A stretch of 49,768 bases of DNA from a virus (taxonomy: Duplodnaviria; Caudoviricetes), in IMG/VR virus record IMGVR_UViG_3300044818_000012, positions 1-49,768 of that record; one strand, given 5' to 3'. Positions 36,841-45,557 of this stretch are shown in pieces; within the stretch, counting starts at the first letter, position 1; each line of letters starts with the position of its first letter. Under the pieces are notes generated by a model, which saw nothing but the letters and a program-made list of their open reading frames with translations, was not told where the DNA came from and ran no database searches. The position numbers were made by a program, and so were the translations under genes.

Positions 36841-36959
36841 GCGAATTCAAGTCCATGTGCGCACAGTTTGCACAAATGTGCCATGCTTTCTATGAACTGA
36901 CCCGGTCTGCCGAAAAGGCATTGATAGCTATCGTAACTGAGGTTGAAAACAAAAAGTGA
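36837..36959 (+). CDS. 40-aa hypothetical protein (not in ORF track)
   Basis: AGGAG RBS, ATGA overlap; MSEFKSMCAQFAQMCHAFYELTRSAEKALIAIVTEVENKK. Confidence 0.5.
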   Translation: MSEFKSMCAQFAQMCHAFYELTRSAEKALIAIVTEVENKK

Positions 36960-37058
36960 AACAAGCTCCGCTTAAACCAGCAGTAAAAGAGATCAAAACT
37001 CCAAGACGCATCGGTTCGCTGCGTTTCACCAAGTGTGGCACCTTCCGAGGATTCAATT

Positions 37059-37502
37059 ATGCAAACTGATCGTATGCTGTATCTGGCTCTGCGTAGCATG
37101 GTGCTTGCAATGGAACAGGACCAAGCCAGCGGTGATAGCGGTAACTGGGCACTGACTGACGTGCCTGAATACTTGGCTGCCCGTGCTGCCATGGCTCAGT
37201 ACGAAATCGAGCTTGGCCCACTTCCTGAGTGGGCTTCGGCATTCAACATCACGCAAGAACCTGTGCTGTTTGCTCAGTTGTACACCAAGAACGGACGTCA
37301 GCGTGGCAATGGCATGATTTACGATATTGGCTCCACAGGTGTCAACTTTGGTGTTATTACCGACATGGGTAACACTTCCGCGCTTACCCGTGAAGAATTG
37401 CTCAGCATCTACGAAATTGGGGACTTTATCCTCAATGAAGAGGGTTATCTGAAGCGTAAGCGTCAAAATCCCGATCTTGCCTTCGAAGACGAGCCTGAGT
37501 AA
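37059..37502 (+). CDS. hypothetical protein
   Basis: GAGG RBS before ATG 37059; QLYTKNGRQRGNG...VITDMGN motif. Confidence 0.7.
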   Translation: MQTDRMLYLALRSMVLAMEQDQASGDSGNWALTDVPEYLAARAAMAQYEIELGPLPEWASAFNITQEPVLFAQLYTKNGRQRGNGMIYDIGSTGVNFGVITDMGNTSALTREELLSIYEIGDFILNEEGYLKRKRQNPDLAFEDEPE

Positions 37503-37789
37503 TGGCTCGCCTGTTCATCAGGCATAAGCCTGTCGAATGTAAAGTAGATCCTAGCGTAGACGGAGAATCCTTCTATGTTCACCGTGACGTACTTAACGAA
37601 CACGGTTTGCAGATAGATGGTCCCAACAATATGAGCGTTGCCTACGTTTGCTTCGTAAGCGCCGGCAACTGTTGGGCAGCACGAAGCTTCAGGCGAATGG
37701 GCAACAAAGAAATACGTGTTGGCTGTGTCCCGTTCAGCAATGATCCATCAGGGCAAGAAATGATTCTTGCCGACATGATTCTTAATTAA
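37502..37789 (+). CDS. hypothetical protein, possible divergent VPE-array member
   Basis: TAATG overlap; ends DPSGQEMILADMILN. Confidence 0.6.
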   Translation: MARLFIRHKPVECKVDPSVDGESFYVHRDVLNEHGLQIDGPNNMSVAYVCFVSAGNCWAARSFRRMGNKEIRVGCVPFSNDPSGQEMILADMILN

Positions 37790-37811
37790 TCACCCAATTG
37801 GAGAGTAATCC

Positions 37812-39065
37812 ATGAAGATGTATACCCCTTTCGAGTTTATCTGCATCGATATCGCCAATAACGGACACAACGATAAACTTCTGTTCGAACAACGCATTCA
37901 GTGGGTGAAGGATAACTTCAACCGTCTGCCGTACCTCGAAACCAGCAGTAAAGAACGTCCGTTGTACCTCAAGGCCGTCAATGCCTTGTACCGTGCCTGT
38001 CGCGGTGAAGCCATCGGTCACATGGTGGGCTTGGATGCCACCTGTTCAGGTATGTCCATCATGTCCGTGGTGACCAAGTGCTTGGCTGGCTGCCGTGCCA
38101 CCAACCTGATTGACCCCAACCTGCGTAACGATGCCTACACCATGGTGACTGCGGCTGCCTCGGACATGCTGGACGGTGACTTGATCATCTCCCGCAACGA
38201 TGCCAAGCAAGCCACCATGACTGCACTGTACGGTTCCCAGGCTACGCCCCGGGAAATCTTCGGCCGTGACACGCCTGAGCTGGATGCCTTCTACGCTGGC
38301 TTGTGCCAAGTAGCCCCGAAAGCCGTAGAGCTGCTGGGTGACCTGCGTCTGGCATGGCAGCCGTATGCGCTGGAACACCGCTGGGTGTGCCCGGACAACT
38401 TCAATGTTCGCATCAAGGTGATGCAGAAGGTTGAAGGCGAGCGCGTCGAAGTCGACGAGCTGGATGGTGCTACGTTCACCTATGACTACTATATTAACGA
38501 AGGTACCAAGACCGACCTGAAGCTGGTGGCCAACGTGACTCACTCACTGGACGCCTACCTGCTGCGGGAAATGGAACTGCGCTGCAACTACAACTTCATC
38601 GCGGTAAAGAACGCACTGTATGAGCTGCAATACGAGCAAGACATGCGTGCCAAGGGTATCCGTGAGGAACAAGACCTGCATGAAGCCTCCAACATGGCCC
38701 AACAGCTTATTGCTGTTTGGGGAGGTTGCGAAATGCCGGCCGCTCGCCTGTTCAGCTACCTGACCTGCGACGACGTGCAGTACATGGCAGACAAACACAT
38801 CGCTCAGATGATTCATCTGGCTTCGCAGATCCTGGCTCGTGTTCCTTTCGAGATCGTAACGGTGCATGACGAATTTAAATGTCATGCCAACGATTGCAAC
38901 TGGATGCGCCTCACTTATGCACAAATCATGGCCGATCTGGCCCGTGCGCGTGTACTTGAGGACATCTATGAGCAAATCACCGGTGTTACCCCGACTTATG
39001 ACGGTCAACACGACGCCGATGAGCTTGCAGAGATGATTCTGCACAGTAATTACGCTTTGTCATGA
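37812..39065 (+). CDS. RNA polymerase II subunit 2 (N4 gp16-like)
   Basis: Motif A GLDATCSG, motif B RNDAKQATMTALYG, motif C VHDEF. Confidence 0.93.
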   Translation: MKMYTPFEFICIDIANNGHNDKLLFEQRIQWVKDNFNRLPYLETSSKERPLYLKAVNALYRACRGEAIGHMVGLDATCSGMSIMSVVTKCLAGCRATNLIDPNLRNDAYTMVTAAASDMLDGDLIISRNDAKQATMTALYGSQATPREIFGRDTPELDAFYAGLCQVAPKAVELLGDLRLAWQPYALEHRWVCPDNFNVRIKVMQKVEGERVEVDELDGATFTYDYYINEGTKTDLKLVANVTHSLDAYLLREMELRCNYNFIAVKNALYELQYEQDMRAKGIREEQDLHEASNMAQQLIAVWGGCEMPAARLFSYLTCDDVQYMADKHIAQMIHLASQILARVPFEIVTVHDEFKCHANDCNWMRLTYAQIMADLARARVLEDIYEQITGVTPTYDGQHDADELAEMILHSNYALS

Positions 39066-39096
39066 GTAGAGTGGTGCGGTCCCCGCACCTTGATGA

Positions 39097-39136
39097 GCCT
39101 TCCCCTAACGGGGGAGGTTAATCTTTTTTTTTCTTT
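39097..39136 (+). terminator. intrinsic terminator after RNAP II
   Basis: AGCCTTCCCC-TAAC-GGGGGAGGTT followed by a long T tract. Confidence 0.75.
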
Positions 39137-39173
39137 GAGAAGACGCCCAGAAGAGGGCTTAGGTGATTAAACC

Positions 39174-39911
39174 ATGAGCATTAAGGACAAGTTCGCCCGA
39201 GAACTGCAATTGGCCGCTGAAAACGTGAAAGACCACACGGTCGAGCGCGTTTGTGGCAGAGGCCCGACTGAAGTCTGGCGTTGTACCAACAATGGCAGTT
39301 CCTGCTATGGCTTCGATCTGGTTATCAGTCGATTCGGTATCGCCATGTACGGTGATGTGGATTCACTGGTATTCAGTGTCGGTTCCGCCTATGGAATCGA
39401 CTTCCTTGCCAGAAAGTCAGTCTGTCAGTACATGATCAGCAAACTTGAGCCGGAATACCGTAACAAGCGTGAGCTTGATGAGGAATTGCTCAAACAAGTG
39501 TTGGTCGAGGCCGGTTGCAGCTTGCTGGAAGACAATTTCCAAATGTACTTCGACGAAGGTGAAGAAGTGGAACTTGCTGAGTGGGTTGGGGGCTTTGCGC
39601 CTATCACACTCGAAATGGTTACCGAAGAAATGCGTAAGCATGACGCCGAGCAAACCCATCAACACTTCGGCCTATTCGTTGACTACACTGAAACATTGCT
39701 TGAAGAAAAGGCATCTGATGGCCTACAGGCAGTCGAAGCTTACATCAGTGAGAACCATGACGAACTAGGGCTTGGTTGTGAGTGGTACGAACACACAATC
39801 TCCAAACACGACGGCAATTTGATCCAACGGCTCGAAATGCTGCGTATTTGCGCACTCAAAATTCAGGAAGTAAAGAATGCAGGCGATGGAAGCGAAGAAC
39901 AGGCTCTCTGA
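39174..39911 (+). CDS. hypothetical phage protein
   Basis: 245 aa; GSSCYGFDLV...GDVDSLVF pattern. Confidence 0.75.
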   Translation: MSIKDKFARELQLAAENVKDHTVERVCGRGPTEVWRCTNNGSSCYGFDLVISRFGIAMYGDVDSLVFSVGSAYGIDFLARKSVCQYMISKLEPEYRNKRELDEELLKQVLVEAGCSLLEDNFQMYFDEGEEVELAEWVGGFAPITLEMVTEEMRKHDAEQTHQHFGLFVDYTETLLEEKASDGLQAVEAYISENHDELGLGCEWYEHTISKHDGNLIQRLEMLRICALKIQEVKNAGDGSEEQAL

Positions 39912-40107
39912 AGAGCAAACCAATAAAGTAACGGTATGGGCTTGCACCGTACCGTCATTTACCCTGGGTTCGCTTGCGGATCAGGTCAATCGAGCCCGTG
40001 CTGCCGTCGATGATGTTCAAGAAGTCGCAGCCAAGCTCATTCGTCAATGGAAAGCCAAGGGTAAGATCAAGTTTGTCCGTGGCTACTGGAAGTGGGTTGC
40101 CAAGTAG
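39877..40107 (+). CDS. hypothetical protein (winged-helix-like C-terminus)
   Basis: LIRQWKAKGKIKFVRGYW. Confidence 0.6.
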   Translation: MQAMEAKNRLSEEQTNKVTVWACTVPSFTLGSLADQVNRARAAVDDVQEVAAKLIRQWKAKGKIKFVRGYWKWVAK

Positions 40108-40397
40108 TGGCGATGCACGCCACAAAGATCATTGAACAGTATGAACAGCTCACCGGTGAAAAGTTTCAGGCTGCGTTGATTCGCTTAGCCAAACTTGGAC
40201 ATACCGGCGAAGAAGCTGCTCACTTCATTGGTTTTTGCGACAAGCAACGCTTGGACATCGTAATCAAACGCCTAGGGTATGAACCTGTGCAATTCCGTCG
40301 TGTTAAACGGCGAGGGGTGTCCAAGTCCTCCATTAAGTACCACAAAGCAAAGGAAAGGCGTTTACGTGAAGAAAGTCAGCGAAGCACGGCGACATGA
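40107..40397 (+). CDS. basic putative DNA-binding protein
   Basis: LAKLGHTGEEAAHFIGF is HTH-like. Start is 40107 or 40113. Confidence 0.6.
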   Translation: MAMHATKIIEQYEQLTGEKFQAALIRLAKLGHTGEEAAHFIGFCDKQRLDIVIKRLGYEPVQFRRVKRRGVSKSSIKYHKAKERRLREESQRSTAT

Positions 40398-40647
40398 GGT
40401 CGATTCTTTGGAAGTGCAGCGCACAGCCTACGTAATCGAAGCAAGTGATGTAGGTAAAACCCAAAAGATGTATCTGGGGCAACAGCCCTACACGTTCCTT
40501 GCGGACGATGTCGGTCGGCTGCTGGAAGTGATCAAGAACAAGTCTCCCGGCTTTATGTCATGGGGCTTCGGTTCCATCTTCAAGGATTTACGGGATCAAT
40601 TCCCTGAAACCAAACCTTACATGGGCGCACCGAGCGCTACGGAGTAA
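40366..40647 (+). CDS. hypothetical protein
   Basis: GTG start after AAGG. Confidence 0.55.
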   Translation: MKKVSEARRHEVDSLEVQRTAYVIEASDVGKTQKMYLGQQPYTFLADDVGRLLEVIKNKSPGFMSWGFGSIFKDLRDQFPETKPYMGAPSATE

Positions 40648-40649
40648 TC

Positions 40650-40832
40650 ATGCCAAAGCTGAAGCTATTCGCTGTGGTTTGGGTAGATCAAGGCAATTGT
40701 GAGATTGCCGAGGTCCAAATAGAGGCTTGCAGTATCCCGGGTGCATTTGCGCCTGCGTACAACGGGCTGACCCGTAAACAATACGAGGCTGTACATACAG
40801 AAGCCACCTCAGTCATCGTCAAGGAGCTGTAA
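40650..40832 (+). CDS. hypothetical protein
   Basis: GGAG RBS, tightly packed. Confidence 0.65.
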   Translation: MPKLKLFAVVWVDQGNCEIAEVQIEACSIPGAFAPAYNGLTRKQYEAVHTEATSVIVKEL

Positions 40833-41158
40833 TGAGCAAGAACACCCAAAGTAACCAATCTGAAATCAACCTCGGCCACGAGACGTACACCCGGGGTTAT
40901 GGTGACGGCATTGCCGGCCGGCCCAAGACCATTAAGAAGACCCATCGCCACGTTCACCGCTATCACATCGGCTACCGTCAGGGTGCTGAAGAACAAGCGC
41001 GCAATGTGACGGCGGGGCTGCACCTGCAAGACAGTCATGGCGTGACTCAGGTCATGCATGAGAAACCAGTGAATCCGCTGGTGGCTGCCCTGATCAAGAA
41101 GCAGAACGAACCCACAGGGTTCTGGGACACGCTGAAATCGTGGCTGGTGCGACCATGA
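40832..41158 (+). CDS. hypothetical protein with RMF-like segment
   Basis: AAGGAG RBS; YTRGYGDGIAGRPK...YHIGYRQG. Confidence 0.65.
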   Translation: MSKNTQSNQSEINLGHETYTRGYGDGIAGRPKTIKKTHRHVHRYHIGYRQGAEEQARNVTAGLHLQDSHGVTQVMHEKPVNPLVAALIKKQNEPTGFWDTLKSWLVRP

Positions 41159-41448
41159 AAAACGAATTTGAGTACGAGGCCGAACTGGCCGCGCTGCGGG
41201 AAGAGCTGGCCAGATACAAAGATGCCTACAGCGGTGCCGTTAAAGGCCGTGCAGCATTTCGTGATTCTGTGCGACGACTCCGTGGAGAGCGCACTGAATT
41301 GCAACAGCGCCTGGCAGCCGCCGAGCAGCGGAATGCGGATGCTGTTCGCTTGCTGACCGCACTTTACGACGCCACCCCAATTGTTTGGCCTGATGTCGCT
41401 GACTTTCTGGCTTTGACCAAACCCACCGAATCGGGAGCAAGCGAATGA
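41155..41448 (+). CDS. prophage-type coiled-coil protein (Ead/Ea22-like)
   Basis: ELAALREELA...LQQRLAAAEQRNA...KPTESGASE. Confidence 0.65.
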   Translation: MKNEFEYEAELAALREELARYKDAYSGAVKGRAAFRDSVRRLRGERTELQQRLAAAEQRNADAVRLLTALYDATPIVWPDVADFLALTKPTESGASE

Positions 41449-41699
41449 TCCACGAACTTAAAATTAAGCGATGCTTCTTTGACCCAGTTATTGCGCGGAT
41501 CAAAACATTTGAGATTCGCCGCAACAATGATCGTGGCTTCCAAGCAGGAGATGAAGTGCTGTTCTGTGAGGTTAGTGAGATCAGCGCCAACGTGGACACT
41601 GGGCGACAAGCCAAGGGGAAGATCACTTATGTGCTCAACTACGAACAGAAAGAAGACTACGTGGTTTTCTCGTTCGAACTGTATGGAGCAAACGAATGA
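41445..41699 (+). CDS. DUF3850 / ASCH-PUA-like protein
   Basis: MIHELKI...KTFEIRRNNDRGFQAGD...ITYV...YVVFS. Confidence 0.8.
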   Translation: MIHELKIKRCFFDPVIARIKTFEIRRNNDRGFQAGDEVLFCEVSEISANVDTGRQAKGKITYVLNYEQKEDYVVFSFELYGANE

Positions 41700-42130
41700 G
41701 CAGTAAAATTGACGGTGTTCCGCGTGAGTTGCTGCAAAAGGTTGACGATGTGCTCTACATCATGACCGGTCACGACAGCTACCCACGCCTTGTTCACAAG
41801 TACGGGAAGGACTGGTGGACCCCGATAAATGAAATGCGTAATGGGCTCTGTACGATCCTCGCCGCCCCTGTCGTCGAGCGCCAGCCGGTGCCACAAAAAC
41901 CGTTCTCGGAAATGCTAGCTGAAGCCCAAGAGCTAGTTAGATCCAAGATCACTTGGCGAAAATTCATAAAAAGCACACCGCTTGATAACGACATTGCAGT
42001 GTGGATGGTTGAATTTGCGCGTGATATCACCGCCCCGCCCGAACTCGCCGAACTGCAAGCTACCATCGCACGGCTGACGGCGGAAGTTGAGCGGCTGCGC
42101 TCCGCGCAGTCTGATGATCCCTCTGAGTAA
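41696..42130 (+). CDS. prophage-type hypothetical protein
   Basis: IDGVPRELL...ILAAPVVERQP...APPELAELQATIARLTAE. Confidence 0.7.
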   Translation: MSSKIDGVPRELLQKVDDVLYIMTGHDSYPRLVHKYGKDWWTPINEMRNGLCTILAAPVVERQPVPQKPFSEMLAEAQELVRSKITWRKFIKSTPLDNDIAVWMVEFARDITAPPELAELQATIARLTAEVERLRSAQSDDPSE

Positions 42131-42183
42131 ACACGCCCGGGGCAACCCGGGTAACTAATCCAGTAAGTAAACAAGGATATCCC

Positions 42184-42618
42184 ATGTCTCAAGTGCAAAA
42201 TCTCCCAATCCCGCTGGCAGCCGTCGATAAGTTTCTGGCAACCATGGACCCAGGCACTAAACCAGAAGAACAAGCAGAAGGCGCCCGCGTTCTGATCGCC
42301 GCACTCAAGGAAGCCCGCAAAGTTCTCGAAGCTGGCTTCAAACGTAAAGAGCTGACCGTGTGTAACGGGAAGCTGGGTTATGTCGACCCGAAAGATGCTG
42401 CCCGCTTCCTTACGGGTGAAATTCCCCGTCTGACCGTGTATCGTAAGAAGAAGGATGCCCACAACATGGGCTTGTTCTTCAAACGACCACCGAAGTTCTA
42501 TCGGGAGAATCAAACATGCAAGACGGGACAGCAACGTACCGGCAGTACCACTACGGCGACCAACAAAAGGTCTGCGAAGCGAAGCGTATCGTCTATGCGG
42601 AAGCCGACGAAAAGCTGA
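42184..42618 (+). CDS. hypothetical protein
   Basis: AAGGA RBS. Its low-complexity tail overlaps the next gene by about 100 nt. Confidence 0.65.
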   Translation: MSQVQNLPIPLAAVDKFLATMDPGTKPEEQAEGARVLIAALKEARKVLEAGFKRKELTVCNGKLGYVDPKDAARFLTGEIPRLTVYRKKKDAHNMGLFFKRPPKFYRENQTCKTGQQRTGSTTTATNKRSAKRSVSSMRKPTKS

Positions 42619-42878
42619 TCAAAATTCACTACATGCGTCATGACAATGTCATGGACATGCTTGTTACCAACGACACGTCGTTGTTGCGTATGTTGTCTGC
42701 TCACCCGGGCAGTTTCGTACACATCAACCGTTATATCATTGTCCGTAAGCGTTTCCTGTTGGGATACATGCCGCGCTTGAGTAATCCTAAGTATCACGAC
42801 GCATCTGTGCGTTTCGTGGATAAACCTTTGGAAATCTCCCGCCGTCGGCTGTTCCTTGTACGGGATGCGCTTCTTTAA
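42516..42878 (+). CDS. standalone LytTR DNA-binding domain protein
   Basis: IVYAEADEK...SFVHINRYIIV...LEISRR matches the LytTR pattern; GGGAG RBS. Confidence 0.75.
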   Translation: MQDGTATYRQYHYGDQQKVCEAKRIVYAEADEKLIKIHYMRHDNVMDMLVTNDTSLLRMLSAHPGSFVHINRYIIVRKRFLLGYMPRLSNPKYHDASVRFVDKPLEISRRRLFLVRDALL

Positions 42879-42889
42879 CTGAGAATTGC

Positions 42890-43078
42890 ATGCCTCATCC
42901 GCATTATACCCGCCACTTGAAAATCCGTTCCGAGAAGCTACGCTCCATTATGCATGACATGTGGGTTCTCGGTAACGACTCCCAAAATATCCACGAGCAG
43001 CCTGAAGGTCAGACCGAAAAGCGCAAAGATGTGCTTGATCGGCTAATCGCTGAAGGTTTTGCCGAAATGCGAGATTAA
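42890..43078 (+). CDS. hypothetical protein
   Basis: 62 aa, tightly packed. Confidence 0.55.
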   Translation: MPHPHYTRHLKIRSEKLRSIMHDMWVLGNDSQNIHEQPEGQTEKRKDVLDRLIAEGFAEMRD

Positions 43079-43080
43079 CT

Positions 43081-43407
43081 ATGTGGACGATCCGCGATTC
43101 CGACGGAGCTGAAACACTACACGCGATTTACCCGGGTTGGGCAGTCGATTGTGAGCATCTGACCATACTCCCGTTGGTTCCCAAGGCAACCTACGATGCC
43201 GTGGTGAAAGAGCTGGAGTTGGTACAGAAGCAGCTCAATGATGCACAAAAGCTGGCTACTCAGCACATGCGTGCGATGAAGCAGAACAACAACCGCATGC
43301 GTGAGATTGAGGCTGCAAACAACAAGTATTACGCACTAATCCAGCGTCACGGCATCTATCAGGAAAGCCTGGTGGATGATTTCCCAATCATTGATGTGAA
43401 GGTGTGA
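43081..43407 (+). CDS. hypothetical coiled-coil protein
   Basis: 108 aa, tightly packed. Confidence 0.65.
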   Translation: MWTIRDSDGAETLHAIYPGWAVDCEHLTILPLVPKATYDAVVKELELVQKQLNDAQKLATQHMRAMKQNNNRMREIEAANNKYYALIQRHGIYQESLVDDFPIIDVKV

Positions 43408-43408
43408 C

Positions 43409-43681
43409 ATGGCTGAAACCAAGGAAGCAATCACTGATACCGAACGTCTCGACTTCATGTTGAGTAAAGGCCGTCGGGTTGTTACTGAAATTGAAGGCTG
43501 GGGCAGCAGGGGGCAGTATTACGCCGTTTATGTCACTCAAGGCACATTCGAGGACATTAAGTACCCGGCCGTGTGCTTTACTGCTGAGGACTACAAAGCT
43601 TCCAGTGAAGAAGGCCGAAAAATCACACGAGAGGCTATTGACCTCGCCATTATCGAATCCCGGAGCGAAAGCTCCGTTTAG
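43409..43681 (+). CDS. hypothetical phage protein
   Basis: DTERLDFM...REAIDLAI motif typical of phage early proteins. Confidence 0.7.
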   Translation: MAETKEAITDTERLDFMLSKGRRVVTEIEGWGSRGQYYAVYVTQGTFEDIKYPAVCFTAEDYKASSEEGRKITREAIDLAIIESRSESSV

Positions 43682-43689
43682 GAGCATTC

Positions 43690-43872
43690 ATGTATCAATA
43701 CATCCCACCGGTTCATAATCCCGTCTTTCCAGTGTACGACAGCCTCCATGATGTAATCGCAGAGGCTATCTATGCACTGGACGACGGGGTATTGACCACA
43801 AACCAGTTGCGGCAACTATTTGGTAGTTACCACAACACTTTGCTGGTAAAGATTAAGGATGCAGGGTCATAG
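43690..43872 (+). CDS. hypothetical protein
   Basis: AGGAG RBS; SYHNTLL motif. Confidence 0.65.
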   Translation: MYQYIPPVHNPVFPVYDSLHDVIAEAIYALDDGVLTTNQLRQLFGSYHNTLLVKIKDAGS

Positions 43873-45475
43873 CAAACTGCGAGAGGTCCAAGGTCACCGT
43901 ACCCGGGGCCGAGGCATAGATTCGCAGTTGTGTTGACCATGCAGTGGCAGCGCCGGCTGGCATCTGCAAGCGTGGCGAGCGGAACCAACCTTTCACATTA
44001 CCGCTGCTGACTGGCAAGTTACCTCGGCGTGTAGCCGATTGCTGGTTCATCGCTGTAACCTGATAAGTCTGCCCTGCAATAACCGGTGAGGTGTACAGCA
44101 TGCAACGGTTGATCACATCCGAAGATCCGGCAATGAATTCCAGTTTGGCTTGAATCCCCAATTTGCGGCTTGGCAGATAACGACTGGTGCCGGCTGGAAT
44201 GCCGAATTCAATCGAATCGTTGGCTGCGGCAAAGGTGATCACCAGACGCTGGCTGAAACCCAATCCGTCATCACGAGGAACAATGCTACCGACCACGGTG
44301 GCAGCACCAGAGAGACGCGAACAGGTGTAGCCGTCAGCGATCTGGCCAGTAACCCCGGTGTTCATCACACCGCCTGTGGTGTACGCCATACCCGGGTTGC
44401 TGTTACGGATAACGGCGGAAGCCGAACTGGAGCCATAAGCATCACCCGGCCACATCGAACCTTTGATTTGCAGACTGGCCGACGGCTTGATGAAGTCAGC
44501 AAGGCCCTTGCCAATGTAGAAACCACCCACGTTATTTGGGTGTGTGTCGTCAAAGGTGCGAGCTGCCGAGACACCACCAGTCGGGCTGGCATAGTCGGCC
44601 AACAGCGAAGCCATGGAGAATACGGCAATGTCCGGCTGGGTTGTGGCCAGGCTGTACAGCCAGCGGTTCACGTCCCGGGCTACATCACGCTGCGTAGTAG
44701 TGAACAGGCTGCGCGGGGCGATATCGAAAGCAATGATGCGAGCGCCAATCTTACGGTATTCATCGAACAACGCTTGCTTGCTGGCAATGATGGTGGCGGC
44801 GGATTGGTTGGCAATTACGTTGTTAGTGCCAGACTCGTCGATCACTTGTTGTGGTCGGTGCGCCAGAACATCAGTGTCCTTGCGGGCAAAGATGTCTTGC
44901 GTGGTGTTACCACCAATCCCGGCATTGATGTAGTTACCCAGACCACCGTCGGACAGTACATCAGCCCAAGCCGCGTAGCCGTAGTCTTCAGTGCGGGCAA
45001 AAGTACCGGAGTACACCGGGCCGAGAGCGTTATGCGAAACCACACCATCCGACAGGAAACCGTTGGCAGTGATGGAGTCGCCGATAATTACCGTAGTTAC
45101 ACCGGTAGAACGTCCACCAAACGCGGTGAAGCTCGGACCATCAGAGTTCACGCCTTGACCGACAGAGATTTCCCCTTTGATCATGGCTTGGTAGCCCATG
45201 CCCTTCACTTCGAAGGGTTGGCCATACACTTTCCAACCTGCTTGGGTTAGGGCAGTCAGTTCAGTATTCCATGCCGCATTAGCTGGTTTATGCACCAAAC
45301 GATACTCGCCGGGAACAACTGGCAATAAACCTGTTTTCAGCATAAGTTGAGCAGGCCAGCCAGCCAATTCAAAGGGATAGCCACACAAAGACCATCCCAA
45401 AGCAACCTTGTTGTTTACGGCTGTGTCGAGGGCAACTTTGCCAGCTTTTTGTACTACCTGTACTTCATTTGACAT
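43853..45475 (-). CDS. SGNH/GDSL esterase with tandem N-terminal DUF1737-like domains (putative virion-associated deacetylase)
   Basis: SGNH blocks GDSIT, NAGIGG, GTNN and DDTHPN. N-terminal repeats GWSLCGYPF and GWKVYGQPF...YQAMIK. Confidence 0.8.
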   Translation of the reverse strand: MSNEVQVVQKAGKVALDTAVNNKVALGWSLCGYPFELAGWPAQLMLKTGLLPVVPGEYRLVHKPANAAWNTELTALTQAGWKVYGQPFEVKGMGYQAMIKGEISVGQGVNSDGPSFTAFGGRSTGVTTVIIGDSITANGFLSDGVVSHNALGPVYSGTFARTEDYGYAAWADVLSDGGLGNYINAGIGGNTTQDIFARKDTDVLAHRPQQVIDESGTNNVIANQSAATIIASKQALFDEYRKIGARIIAFDIAPRSLFTTTQRDVARDVNRWLYSLATTQPDIAVFSMASLLADYASPTGGVSAARTFDDTHPNNVGGFYIGKGLADFIKPSASLQIKGSMWPGDAYGSSSASAVIRNSNPGMAYTTGGVMNTGVTGQIADGYTCSRLSGAATVVGSIVPRDDGLGFSQRLVITFAAANDSIEFGIPAGTSRYLPSRKLGIQAKLEFIAGSSDVINRCMLYTSPVIAGQTYQVTAMNQQSATRRGNLPVSSGNVKGWFRSPRLQMPAGAATAWSTQLRIYASAPGTVTLDLSQFAMTLHP

Positions 45476-45557
45476 GTAAAGCTCCTTATTTGACGAAATT
45501 ACAGTATACAGGCCGCTTAGGTCTGTATTGATGCATTTAGTTAAAAACTGTCTGAAT

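Noticed and set aside
39073-39089. Hairpin GGTGCGG-TCC-CCGCACC as a sixth vRNAP promoter
   Set aside because: The closing pair has the wrong polarity, there is no TGT-NNN-GG, and it sits immediately before a terminator.
42184-42878. Frameshifted single gene joining ORF 42184 to the LytTR ORF
   Set aside because: The LytTR ORF has its own RBS and ATG, and no slippery sequence is evident. Stop-codon loss in the upstream gene is the simpler explanation.
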